Source of the DNA: a virus
Lineage: Duplodnaviria > Caudoviricetes
Length of the DNA: 58,647 nt
Virus record (IMG/VR): IMGVR_UViG_3300046170_000213
Location: 1 to 58,647 of that record
Strand: one strand, 5' to 3'
Shown: piece after piece, positions 40,393-47,899 of the stretch
Layout: each line of letters starts with the position of its first letter
Numbering within the stretch: the first letter of the stretch is position 1
Notes under the pieces: model-generated
What the model was told of the DNA's origin: nothing
Databases searched by the model: none
The model's input: only the letters and a program-made list of their open reading frames with translations
Translations under genes and position numbers: made by a program

Positions 40393-41851
40393 AATATTCT
40401 AACCTGCTTCTGTCCGGCAAAGGTTCGTCTTCATATGCATCTTTATTACGAACTAAGCCACCTTGTTTAATACGCATAATCGCCTGTGTTGTGGAGTCGA
40501 CATAGTCATCGTGATCTCCAAACGGAAATGATGCGCACTCTTCCACAACCTCTTGAGCGTAGTGTTCATGCATAGGAGCATAAATCATACCCATCTCAAA
40601 AAGCGGTGCTACTGAGTTTACTCTAGCATGTTTATCATTTCCTCGGCTCGGCGTAAAGTTAATTACGGGGATTCCCATATCTCTTAATTCATGGGTTAGA
40701 GGGATACCAGAGGCTTTAGACTCTACGATTACCATGTCAGGCCGCCAATACAAATACTCCTCATGAGCAACTTTCCTAAGTTCTGGAAACTCATAACGAT
40801 CTTTGAAAGCATTGAGTAATATTATATTAGCCCTACCGTCATCATCTTTAAAGACTCCCCAGGTAGTAATAGCACTAAAGTCAGCAGATTCTTTTTTAAG
40901 AAAAGCGGTATCATAACTTTGAATTATAAAATCACATTGTGGTGGATCTTTACCTTCCCAGTTCTGCCACCAGTCTCTTTTAAGAATCGCACCTTCTTCA
41001 GCGGTTGGCTGTTGCATATATTGAGCGTTCCAGTTGTTAACTGGAATAGATGCTTTGGTTTTTTCTAATTCTTCCCTGGTCCAGTATTCCGGCCAAACAG
41101 GTTTACCGTCCGGTAACAGTGCAGGTAGTTCTACCACTTCCCATTGGTCAGAGTTTTCTTCTCCCTGAGCCCTGATTAATTGTCCAGTAATATCTTTTGT
41201 AGACCATCTAGTCATTACAACCACGATACGACCACCAGGTTGAAGACGTTGACGTGGACCTGATGTATACCAGTTCCATGCTTTATCAAACGACTTACTA
41301 TCTTTTTTAATATCTTGTTCTTTGTGCGGGTCATCAATAATTAAAAGATCAGCACCACGACCTGTAATTGCTCCACCAACACCGGCTGCGAAATATTCAC
41401 CACCTTGTTCGGTTTTCCATTTCCCTGCTGCCTGACTATCTTCCATCAGTCTAGTGTCAAATAATTGTTTGTAGTTTTCTTGGTCTACAAGATTCTTGGT
41501 CTTACGGCCAAAGTCTATTGCTAGATCTGCCGTGTGTGTTGCTTGAATGATCTTTAACCGGGGATCGAGGCCAACCATCCATGCCGGGAGTAAGTATGAG
41601 GCAAACTCCGACTTAGTGTGTCTTGGCGGCATGTTAATGATCAGTCTTTTAATTTTCCCGCTAGCGAGATCATTAAATTTTTTATTAATTTTTTTATGAT
41701 GAGAACCTTCGATAAACTCCGGCCAAACATACTTGACGAAACTCAAAAAGTCTTTTTTGATAACTGGTCTTGCTTTATCTAGTTCTACACTCTTTTCTAG
41801 ATCCAAAAGTCGTGCTTTCTCTTCTGGAGTCAATCCTGACAAATTTTCCAT
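40385..41851 (-). CDS. terL: Terminase large subunit
   Basis: INMPPRHTKS Walker A, ITGRGADLLIIDDP Walker B, SYDTA and HDDYVDS nuclease motifs. Confidence 0.95.
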   Translation of the reverse strand: MENLSGLTPEEKARLLDLEKSVELDKARPVIKKDFLSFVKYVWPEFIEGSHHKKINKKFNDLASGKIKRLIINMPPRHTKSEFASYLLPAWMVGLDPRLKIIQATHTADLAIDFGRKTKNLVDQENYKQLFDTRLMEDSQAAGKWKTEQGGEYFAAGVGGAITGRGADLLIIDDPHKEQDIKKDSKSFDKAWNWYTSGPRQRLQPGGRIVVVMTRWSTKDITGQLIRAQGEENSDQWEVVELPALLPDGKPVWPEYWTREELEKTKASIPVNNWNAQYMQQPTAEEGAILKRDWWQNWEGKDPPQCDFIIQSYDTAFLKKESADFSAITTWGVFKDDDGRANIILLNAFKDRYEFPELRKVAHEEYLYWRPDMVIVESKASGIPLTHELRDMGIPVINFTPSRGNDKHARVNSVAPLFEMGMIYAPMHEHYAQEVVEECASFPFGDHDDYVDSTTQAIMRIKQGGLVRNKDAYEDEPLPDRSRLEYYG

Positions 41852-42115
41852 AAAATTTTTTATTATATTTTTTATATAACCTATTTTTGAAATCTTGGCT
41901 ATAAGAGTCTAAATCTTACATATATGTACATACTTGGGACCCCTACTACAGATTAGGGTGGGCCCCCCCAAAGTTTTCAAGCAAAAAATCAATATGTAGT
42001 GGTACCTCTATCGAGACACACTATGCATAAATGACATATGTTGTTTTTGCATACCCTATAAGAGTTTGTAGGATTTGTAGATCATACCTAACCTACAAAC
42101 CCTACTGCGAGATTA

Positions 42116-42376
42116 TCAGAAAGGCATTTCCGATTGTTCTTCTTTCACTTCCATTTCTTTAGTGAGTACCAATGGCTCTTGGACTACACTAAATGAAACT
42201 TCTTGTAAGTGATAAGAAATTCTTTTCCTGTCCTCGTTCAATGTATCAAGTGCCAACATAATTCTTACTGCAGTTGTCAAATCATACATCTTATCTTTAT
42301 GGATACTGTAAGTATCGTTGATGTGTTCATACTTAGCTTTTTCAATTATAAAAAACTTTTTATTTTCGTCTATCAT
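42116..42376 (-). CDS. Hypothetical early protein
   Basis: 86 aa ORF ending EMPF. Confidence 0.65.
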   Translation of the reverse strand: MIDENKKFFIIEKAKYEHINDTYSIHKDKMYDLTTAVRIMLALDTLNEDRKRISYHLQEVSFSVVQEPLVLTKEMEVKEEQSEMPF

Positions 42377-42564
42377 AATTTAATACTCCAAGTATCTGAC
42401 GCAGTTCTATATCCATCTGCGTCTATGTCAAAATAGGTCATTAACATACGACCAGATTTTGATAACCAATATCTGCATTTATCTGTCCATAATGCATTTC
42501 TTGTTATTGTTTTCTTATCACTCGCTGAATAGTAAGTAATAACAAAAGGTTTATTATTTATCAT
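42373..42564 (-). CDS. Hypothetical early protein
   Basis: FVITYYSASDKKTITR..TYFDIDADGYRTA. Confidence 0.7.
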   Translation of the reverse strand: MINNKPFVITYYSASDKKTITRNALWTDKCRYWLSKSGRMLMTYFDIDADGYRTASDTWSIKL

Positions 42565-42637
42565 TTATTTATTCTCGCTTTCTATAACTTAATTGTTATG
42601 GGATTAGATTATACTAATCCCATAGTTAATCAACACC

Positions 42638-43642
42638 TTAATTCAAGTTATCAGAATTAGTTTGTTGTTGTTGCATATATGCAACTCTTTCTGCAATCTT
42701 TTGTTCTCTAGTTTTTTCAGTATTTTTCATACCTTTTATTCTTTCAGCTAGATTTTTCGGATTGTAAATAACAAGTCCTGTACTATTAGTTCTTATTATT
42801 TCTGCCTCTTGGATATTTATTCCAAGTTCGGTTGCTAATTCAACTGCCTCGTCTAGCCATTTATAACCTTTTAATCCTAACTTGATCTCTTTCATTTGTT
42901 TCAAGACACTTTCAATCCATTTACTATGTGCCATAACAAAAGCTGACTTTTGTTGTTTCCAAGAAATTAAAAAATTAAATTCCTCTTTTTCACACGCAAT
43001 AGAACGATCTCTACAATAATCTCTACCAATCAAATCAAGCTGATATTTTTCGTTCCAATCCTTGCCATACTTGGTTTCATTATTTCTTCCACCAGATAAG
43101 CCAAGATATTTTTCATTATTCTCAACAAACTTTCTTTTGTGTGGATTGTCGTCTTTGTCGGCTTGTTCAATTAAGATATCTGCGTTGCAATCTTCTTGTG
43201 CATTAATCTCATCTCTAAACAAAGCAAACCCATAACTTTGATCTCTATTAGAAGAATAATTGTTGTCGGTATCAATATCGCCATTTAATCTAAAATCAAA
43301 ATGTTTTTCTATTGGTACATTTTCTTCAATAGTAGTTTCGCCATTGTAGTTTGTTTTTTCTTTGTTGCCTAAATAATGAAAATGGAAACAACTATCTTTT
43401 GCAATCGTTGAAACATTTTCAAACTTGTTTTGAAGATAGTAAGCTTTTTCAACATCATCTTCTGTATAATGTCGTCTTACTATTTTTTCTGCAACACTCC
43501 AAGCTTGATCGTTGATATCAATTTGATCTGCTTTTAAAGTATCATACTTTCTTTTTTCTTGGGTGTCCTCTTGTTGCAAATGTACTTTTATTCTATTTGC
43601 AATCTTGTTTCGGTACTCTTGGTTTAATCGTATTCTAGCCAT
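42638..43642 (-). CDS. Hypothetical early protein
   Basis: 334 aa ORF with GAGG RBS. Confidence 0.8.
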   Translation of the reverse strand: MARIRLNQEYRNKIANRIKVHLQQEDTQEKRKYDTLKADQIDINDQAWSVAEKIVRRHYTEDDVEKAYYLQNKFENVSTIAKDSCFHFHYLGNKEKTNYNGETTIEENVPIEKHFDFRLNGDIDTDNNYSSNRDQSYGFALFRDEINAQEDCNADILIEQADKDDNPHKRKFVENNEKYLGLSGGRNNETKYGKDWNEKYQLDLIGRDYCRDRSIACEKEEFNFLISWKQQKSAFVMAHSKWIESVLKQMKEIKLGLKGYKWLDEAVELATELGINIQEAEIIRTNSTGLVIYNPKNLAERIKGMKNTEKTREQKIAERVAYMQQQQTNSDNLN

Positions 43643-43693
43643 TTGTCCTCTTTCTTTTTTATTGGTTAATGTAAAAAAAGTTTTAAACTAATA

Positions 43694-43721
43694 TTGACAA
43701 TAGTCAATAGGATATTATATT
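43694..43721. promoter_or_regulatory. Divergent sigma70-type early promoters
   Basis: TTGACA-16-TATATT on +; TTGACT on - within the near-palindrome ATTGACAATAGTCAAT. Confidence 0.6.
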
Positions 43722-43817
43722 AAAAACTGTTATTTATAAAAACTTAACACAATTAACAGTATTGGGTTGAGAGGTAGTTCCAGAGTGGAATACTCAACCC
43801 AAACAGAAAGGACAGAA

Positions 43818-44192
43818 ATGACATTAAAATATTGTCAATCTCATAAGTGCCATACTTATGACACAAAAGACAGGAAACGAGGCTCTAAAGGAAATAAGAC
43901 AAATCAAACTAGAAGAAGAAGTGAGTTCTATTATGGAAATGGAAATTTCTGCTCATTAAATTGCTATGATAGTTGGGCAAGGGATTTCATGGATAGAGCA
44001 ATAGATAATATTAGTGGTCGGATTACTGAGCCATATATCTTAACAGAAGAAAATGCGTGGCGAAAAAGAAGAAGTTATAGTTTTGATAATGGAGGTTATC
44101 AACCAACTTATTTTTGGCATAATGCGTGTACAGGCGAGGACAGACAGATTACTGAAGAAGAATTCAGAAATCAATCTCAACCTAATTTATAG
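43818..44192 (+). CDS. Hypothetical Cys-containing early protein
   Basis: MTLKYCQSHKCH..FCSLNC; AAGGA RBS. Confidence 0.75.
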   Translation: MTLKYCQSHKCHTYDTKDRKRGSKGNKTNQTRRRSEFYYGNGNFCSLNCYDSWARDFMDRAIDNISGRITEPYILTEENAWRKRRSYSFDNGGYQPTYFWHNACTGEDRQITEEEFRNQSQPNL

Positions 44193-44211
44193 TTTCATCT
44201 GTCCTTGATGA

Positions 44212-44259
44212 AAAATCCTAGTTTAGATTAATTCTAAACTAGGATTTTGTTTTTTTTTT
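44212..44259 (+). terminator. Intrinsic terminator
   Basis: 16-bp perfect stem AAAATCCTAGTTTAGA/TCTAAACTAGGATTTT followed by a T-run. Confidence 0.7.
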
Positions 44260-44362
44260 GGGTGGGCCCTCCCAAAAAAAATAAGCGTTCGAGCCTAATT
44301 ATTTTCTTGTAAGATGTTCTAGGATTTGATAACTCTTATGAAACAATAAAGGAGAAATAAAT

Positions 44363-44758
44363 ATGGGACTAGATCAATACGCAGGACTTCGAGATAGTAA
44401 AGGCGAAGTTCATGAAAAGTTTTATTGGAGAAAGCATGCACGCCTACAGGTGTTCATGTCTAAACAATTCAATAAACAAAAAAAAGATCAAGATCACAAT
44501 ACACATGACGACCTGCAACATCTAGGTTTTAATGGTAGTCAAGGTGGTGTTACAATTACTGAAGATGTAATCAAGGATCTGGAAGAGGCAATCAAAAATG
44601 ATTATTATAATCACTTTGCCTCTGATGGTTTCTTTTGGGGTCAGCAATTCCAAGAGGAACAAGTTAAAGAATACAAAGCCCAAGATGAAGAATTTTTAAA
44701 ATGGGCTAAAGAACAAGTTAAAGCAGGAAGACAAATCGGCTACGATTGTTCTTGGTAA
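44363..44758 (+). CDS. Conserved hypothetical phage protein (MGLDQY..YWRKH..Y.CSW family)
   Basis: ORF with AAGGAG RBS. Confidence 0.8.
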   Translation: MGLDQYAGLRDSKGEVHEKFYWRKHARLQVFMSKQFNKQKKDQDHNTHDDLQHLGFNGSQGGVTITEDVIKDLEEAIKNDYYNHFASDGFFWGQQFQEEQVKEYKAQDEEFLKWAKEQVKAGRQIGYDCSW

Positions 44759-44760
44759 AG

Positions 44761-44784
44761 TTTTAAGGGCGAAAGCCCTTAAAA
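44761..44784. terminator. Bidirectional-looking GAAA hairpin
   Basis: TTTTAAGGGC GAAA GCCCTTAAAA right after the stop. Confidence 0.65.
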
Positions 44785-44786
44785 AA

Positions 44787-44909
44787 TTTGGGCTAGTATA
44801 GGGCGCCTGGACATTTCTGGGCTATACTCTAGGTCGTGACGTGACTGGACTGCAGTGTCTCCTCGTTGATCGATTGGGAAGGAGATCGCCTATTGGCCAC
44901 TGGCCCAAA
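44787..44909 (+). ncRNA. Candidate multi-stem structured RNA
   Basis: 11-bp closing stem TTTGGGCTAGT/ACTGGCCCAAA enclosing an inner stem and three hairpins; G-U pairs favour the + strand. Confidence 0.45.
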
Positions 44910-45155
44910 TTAAATTTTTTTATTTTTTTTTGGGTGGGCCCGCCCATAGTTCACAAGCTTCAAGCAGGGTGGGCCCGCCCAGTATCCTCAAGCCTGCAAG
45001 CTGTCAAGAAAATTATCTGTGGATAACTTAAATATTTTACTTGTGGGATAAACTGGGACCTGCTATAGTAGCAGCAGGTTCATTGCTGGTTAACATGACT
45101 GCCACTTGTACTGACTACGGTTAGTAGCAATGGACCCTAACAACAGAAAGGACAT

Positions 45156-45368
45156 ATGAGAACAGATAGAAAAAAAGACCTGGACATGTATTACAACGAC
45201 CACCTGAAGCTGCACATCATGCGTAGACTCATGCTGGTGAAAACTTGGTCCGAGATCAAGGGCATCCAGTCGGCTGTCTTTGAGGCCCTGGACCGGGAAG
45301 ACAAACTCGAGCAGGCTGAGCGCGAAGCGTTCGAAGCCTGGAAGAAAACTGGAGGAGAAAAGGCCTGA
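45156..45368 (+). CDS. Hypothetical early protein
   Basis: 70 aa; AAGGA RBS; followed by a terminator. Confidence 0.7.
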   Translation: MRTDRKKDLDMYYNDHLKLHIMRRLMLVKTWSEIKGIQSAVFEALDREDKLEQAEREAFEAWKKTGGEKA

Positions 45369-45385
45369 GGGCCTTTTCCCTTTTT
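45358..45385 (+). terminator. Intrinsic terminator
   Basis: AAAAGGCC TGAG GGCCTTTT then CCCTTTTT. Confidence 0.55.
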
Positions 45386-45437
45386 GGGGTGGGCCCTCCC
45401 GTAAGGGGTCAAGCTTCAAGCTCGCAAGCGTTCAAGC

Positions 45438-45466
45438 TTGACAGGTTACAAGCTTTATATTATAAG
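45438..45466 (+). promoter_or_regulatory. sigma70-type promoter
   Basis: TTGACA-17-TATAAG upstream of an AGGAG RBS. Confidence 0.65.
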
Positions 45467-45484
45467 ATTTTATAGGAGATAATT

Positions 45485-46087
45485 ATGTTAAAAAAAGAAG
45501 CTAGAGAAATAACCGGCGGCCTAAGTAAGCCGTCAAAAATGCCAGGACCAGCGCATAACCTGCCGGCTCAGGCCTGCAAGACTGGCGCCAAGCTGGTGAA
45601 TGTGCCGGGGTCCGTATGTGCGGGCTGCTATGCCCTGAAGGGTCGATATAGATTTAACAATGTGCAGCAAGCATTGCAACGACGCCTGAAGGCGCTCGAG
45701 TCACCGCTGTGGGTTGAAGCTATGACAACTTTAATCAAGGGCCAGGACTGGTTCAGGTGGCATGATAGCGGCGACATCCAATCGATGGAGCACCTTAATA
45801 ATATTTTTAAAGTGTGCAAGCTCACGCCTGAAACCAAGCACTGGATGCCGACACGTGAGGCGCAATTTTTAAAAGATCTAAACCCTGAAGAGGTCCCGGA
45901 GAATTTAATAATTAGAATGAGTTCACACATGATTGACCAGGGACCAGTGAAGCAATGGCCCTGGACGAGTACAGTCACCAGCGGAAGCGGCAGGACCTGC
46001 CCGGCCCCTGAGCAGGGCAATGAGTGCGGCAGCTGCAGAGCTTGCTGGGATAGGTCGACACCAAACGTGTGCTATGGTAAACACTAA
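45485..46087 (+). CDS. Phage Gp88-like protein (radical-SAM-like Cys-rich)
   Basis: SKMPG..C..CAGCYA..FRWHDSGD..HWMPTRE..CP..CGSCRACW. Confidence 0.75.
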   Translation: MLKKEAREITGGLSKPSKMPGPAHNLPAQACKTGAKLVNVPGSVCAGCYALKGRYRFNNVQQALQRRLKALESPLWVEAMTTLIKGQDWFRWHDSGDIQSMEHLNNIFKVCKLTPETKHWMPTREAQFLKDLNPEEVPENLIIRMSSHMIDQGPVKQWPWTSTVTSGSGRTCPAPEQGNECGSCRACWDRSTPNVCYGKH

Positions 46088-46089
46088 CC

Positions 46090-46296
46090 ATGGCCCACGA
46101 ATTCCGACATCCGAATTATTATAAAAAATTAAATGAAAAAATGCGCAAGCTCACAAGCTCTCAAGCTGGAGGCGACAAGCCTCCCAGCCCTGAGCCAAGG
46201 GTTCAAGCTTCAAGCCAGAGTTCACAAGCTCTAGGATCTGATGACCAGGGTACAAGCGCACAAGCCCTCTGTCCGGGTCACAAGCAACGAGGATAA
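46090..46296 (+). CDS. Possible short protein, mostly antisense to the nuclease gene
   Basis: ATG 3 nt after the Gp88 stop; low-complexity tail derives from the CAAGC repeats. Confidence 0.35.
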   Translation: MAHEFRHPNYYKKLNEKMRKLTSSQAGGDKPPSPEPRVQASSQSSQALGSDDQGTSAQALCPGHKQRG

Positions 46297-46516
46297 AAGT
46301 ATTTTTAGAATGTTTCACGTGGAAGGCTACCTGGTGAGGTGAAAAGCGTATTTTGTTACCCGATGTTACCTTCAGCTCCAATGTAAAAAAGTGCTCGTTA
46401 GGAGAATAAGCCAATAGATCGGGAGTCCCCAATAAGCTACGGTTTTCCAACCTATTCCATGAAATGTTTCTAACTTTCTTCTTAAGTTCACTGTATAATT
46501 TAGCCTCTGGTTTCAG
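46151..46516 (-). CDS. PD-(D/E)XK nuclease (VRR-NUC / Holliday junction resolvase-like)
   Basis: KPEAKLY..RLENRSLLGTPDLL..LELKV..SPHQ; frame open back to CTG 46516 with GAGG 8 nt upstream. Confidence 0.8.
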   Translation of the reverse strand: MKPEAKLYSELKKKVRNISWNRLENRSLLGTPDLLAYSPNEHFFTLELKVTSGNKIRFSPHQVAFHVKHSKNTFILVACDPDRGLVRLYPGHQILELVNSGLKLEPLAQGWEACRLQLESL

Positions 46517-46534
46517 GTGGGTAACCTCAGCTGA

Positions 46535-46762
46535 TTATAGTTTGCCAATTATCTTTGGCATCTTCCATGTACCACCAAGTTTAACACCTTTTAAATTTAA
46601 AATGTGGGTGTCTCTATCACCAATCATTCGAGATTCCAACAACTGAATTACTTCAAGGTCAAGTTTTTCTCCGTTAGGCATTTCAAGTTGGACTCTGGCA
46701 TTTTGTGCAGCCGGTGACACTAGGAATTTGTCTAAGTATACTCGTAATTCTTTCGCTTTCAT
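46535..46762 (-). CDS. Hypothetical protein
   Basis: MKAKELRVYLDKFL.. Confidence 0.7.
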   Translation of the reverse strand: MKAKELRVYLDKFLVSPAAQNARVQLEMPNGEKLDLEVIQLLESRMIGDRDTHILNLKGVKLGGTWKMPKIIGKL

Positions 46763-46767
46763 AAGTC

Positions 46768-46799
46768 TTGTATATATCCCATAAACATATATATTGCAA
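46768..46799. promoter_or_regulatory. Overlapping divergent promoters
   Basis: + TTGTAT-16-TATATT-6-ATG; - TTGCAA-17-TATATA-8-ATG. Confidence 0.5.
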
Positions 46800-46801
46800 C
46801 T

Positions 46802-47281
46802 ATGAGTCAAGATATTGTCGAAAAGAAGGCACAGCCACTTACAGATTTAACTGAGATGCAAAGAAGATTTTGCGAGTATCTTATCTTTAATGAAGGCAGG
46901 ACCACTCACCAAGATGCTGCCCTGCATGCTGGATACAGCCCGCAAAGAGCAAGAATAGAAGCGTCTGAGTTATTAAAGAATCCAAAAATACAAAGCTATT
47001 TAGCTAGAAGATCTGCAGAAATAAATAGATCATATGCTGTGACTAAACACAATTATGTTAGAAGACAGCAAGAATTATCTAGAAGATTAGTTGATGATGG
47101 TAAGATAAAAGATGCTTTAGGTTTTGAAACATTGATAGGTAAAGCTACAGGACAATTTAGTGAAACTAATTACAATGTAAATATTAATGCAACAGATATC
47201 AAAGAACGAGAAGAAGAAATTAGAAGACTCAAAGAGTTAAACGAAAAAAGAATTACAGATACAAAACTTCTTAAAGAGTAA
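46802..47281 (+). CDS. terS: Terminase small subunit
   Basis: LTEMQRRFCEY..AALHAGYS..ASELLKNPKIQSYL HTH typical of TerS. Confidence 0.8.
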   Translation: MSQDIVEKKAQPLTDLTEMQRRFCEYLIFNEGRTTHQDAALHAGYSPQRARIEASELLKNPKIQSYLARRSAEINRSYAVTKHNYVRRQQELSRRLVDDGKIKDALGFETLIGKATGQFSETNYNVNINATDIKEREEEIRRLKELNEKRITDTKLLKE

Positions 47282-47558
47282 CCTTCTCCATTTTAGTTAT
47301 ACACCCAATTGGAAATACATTACGATCTGAAAATAATTCGTCACCATCTTCGTAAGATGCAAACGTTCTAATATTCTTTTTATCTTTGTTAAACAAGTAT
47401 GCATGAGTTACCATAACTGATGGCATGAAACCTAGAAAGTCATGTTCCGTAGCATGCCCGGAATCCCCAGTGATATCAACCCATGTAATTTTATAAAAGT
47501 AATATCTTTTCTTTTTAATTACAACTGATTTATATTTAGATTTTTTTGCTCGTCTCAT
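47271..47558 (-). CDS. Conserved hypothetical protein
   Basis: ITWVDITGDSG..FPIGCI. Confidence 0.7.
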   Translation of the reverse strand: MRRAKKSKYKSVVIKKKRYYFYKITWVDITGDSGHATEHDFLGFMPSVMVTHAYLFNKDKKNIRTFASYEDGDELFSDRNVFPIGCITKMEKVTL

Positions 47559-47649
47559 TGTGTACCCCTTTTAACATATGAAAAAATAAAAAACAAAATT
47601 CATGTGCGCGACCCCCTATATCGTTGCAATTCCTAGCTTTTTGATACTT

Positions 47650-47899
47650 TTGTACCAATTGTACCTCATTGTACCAAGGGGTCTTGGTACAAATTTGAGC
47701 AATTAACCATTGGTATGTAACACTTTTTTAAATTGTACCTATTGTACCTAGGTTTTAAAAAAAATAAAAAAAATTTTTTTATTTTATAGAGAAAAATCGT
47801 ATACAATTGTAAAATTGCTCTATTATCCCTGTATTTACTCATCTTTTTGACCTAAAATTGTACCTGGAGGCCCTTTTTTCTCTGGTACAATTGGTACAA
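47650..47899. repeat. TTGTACC iteron-like cluster around an A/T tract (candidate origin)
   Basis: 6 direct + 3 inverted copies in 250 bp. Confidence 0.75.

Larger units (their letters stand above)
41956..45400 (+). repeat. Five dispersed copies of GGGTGGGCCCNCCC
   Basis: 41956-41969, 44260-44273, 44932-44945, 44967-44980, 45387-45400; all intergenic. Confidence 0.9.
44954..46285 (+). repeat. Strand-biased CAAGC pentamer clusters
   Basis: 4 copies 44954-45001, 5 copies 45410-45453, 10 copies 46146-46285. Confidence 0.8.

Noticed and set aside
45018-45026. Perfect DnaA box (TGTGGATAA)
   Set aside because: Single copy; roughly one is expected by chance in an AT-rich 58 kb sequence
41956-46285. 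CRISPR array or mini-array
   Set aside because: Repeats are only 5-14 bp with irregular gene-sized spacing; no cas genes
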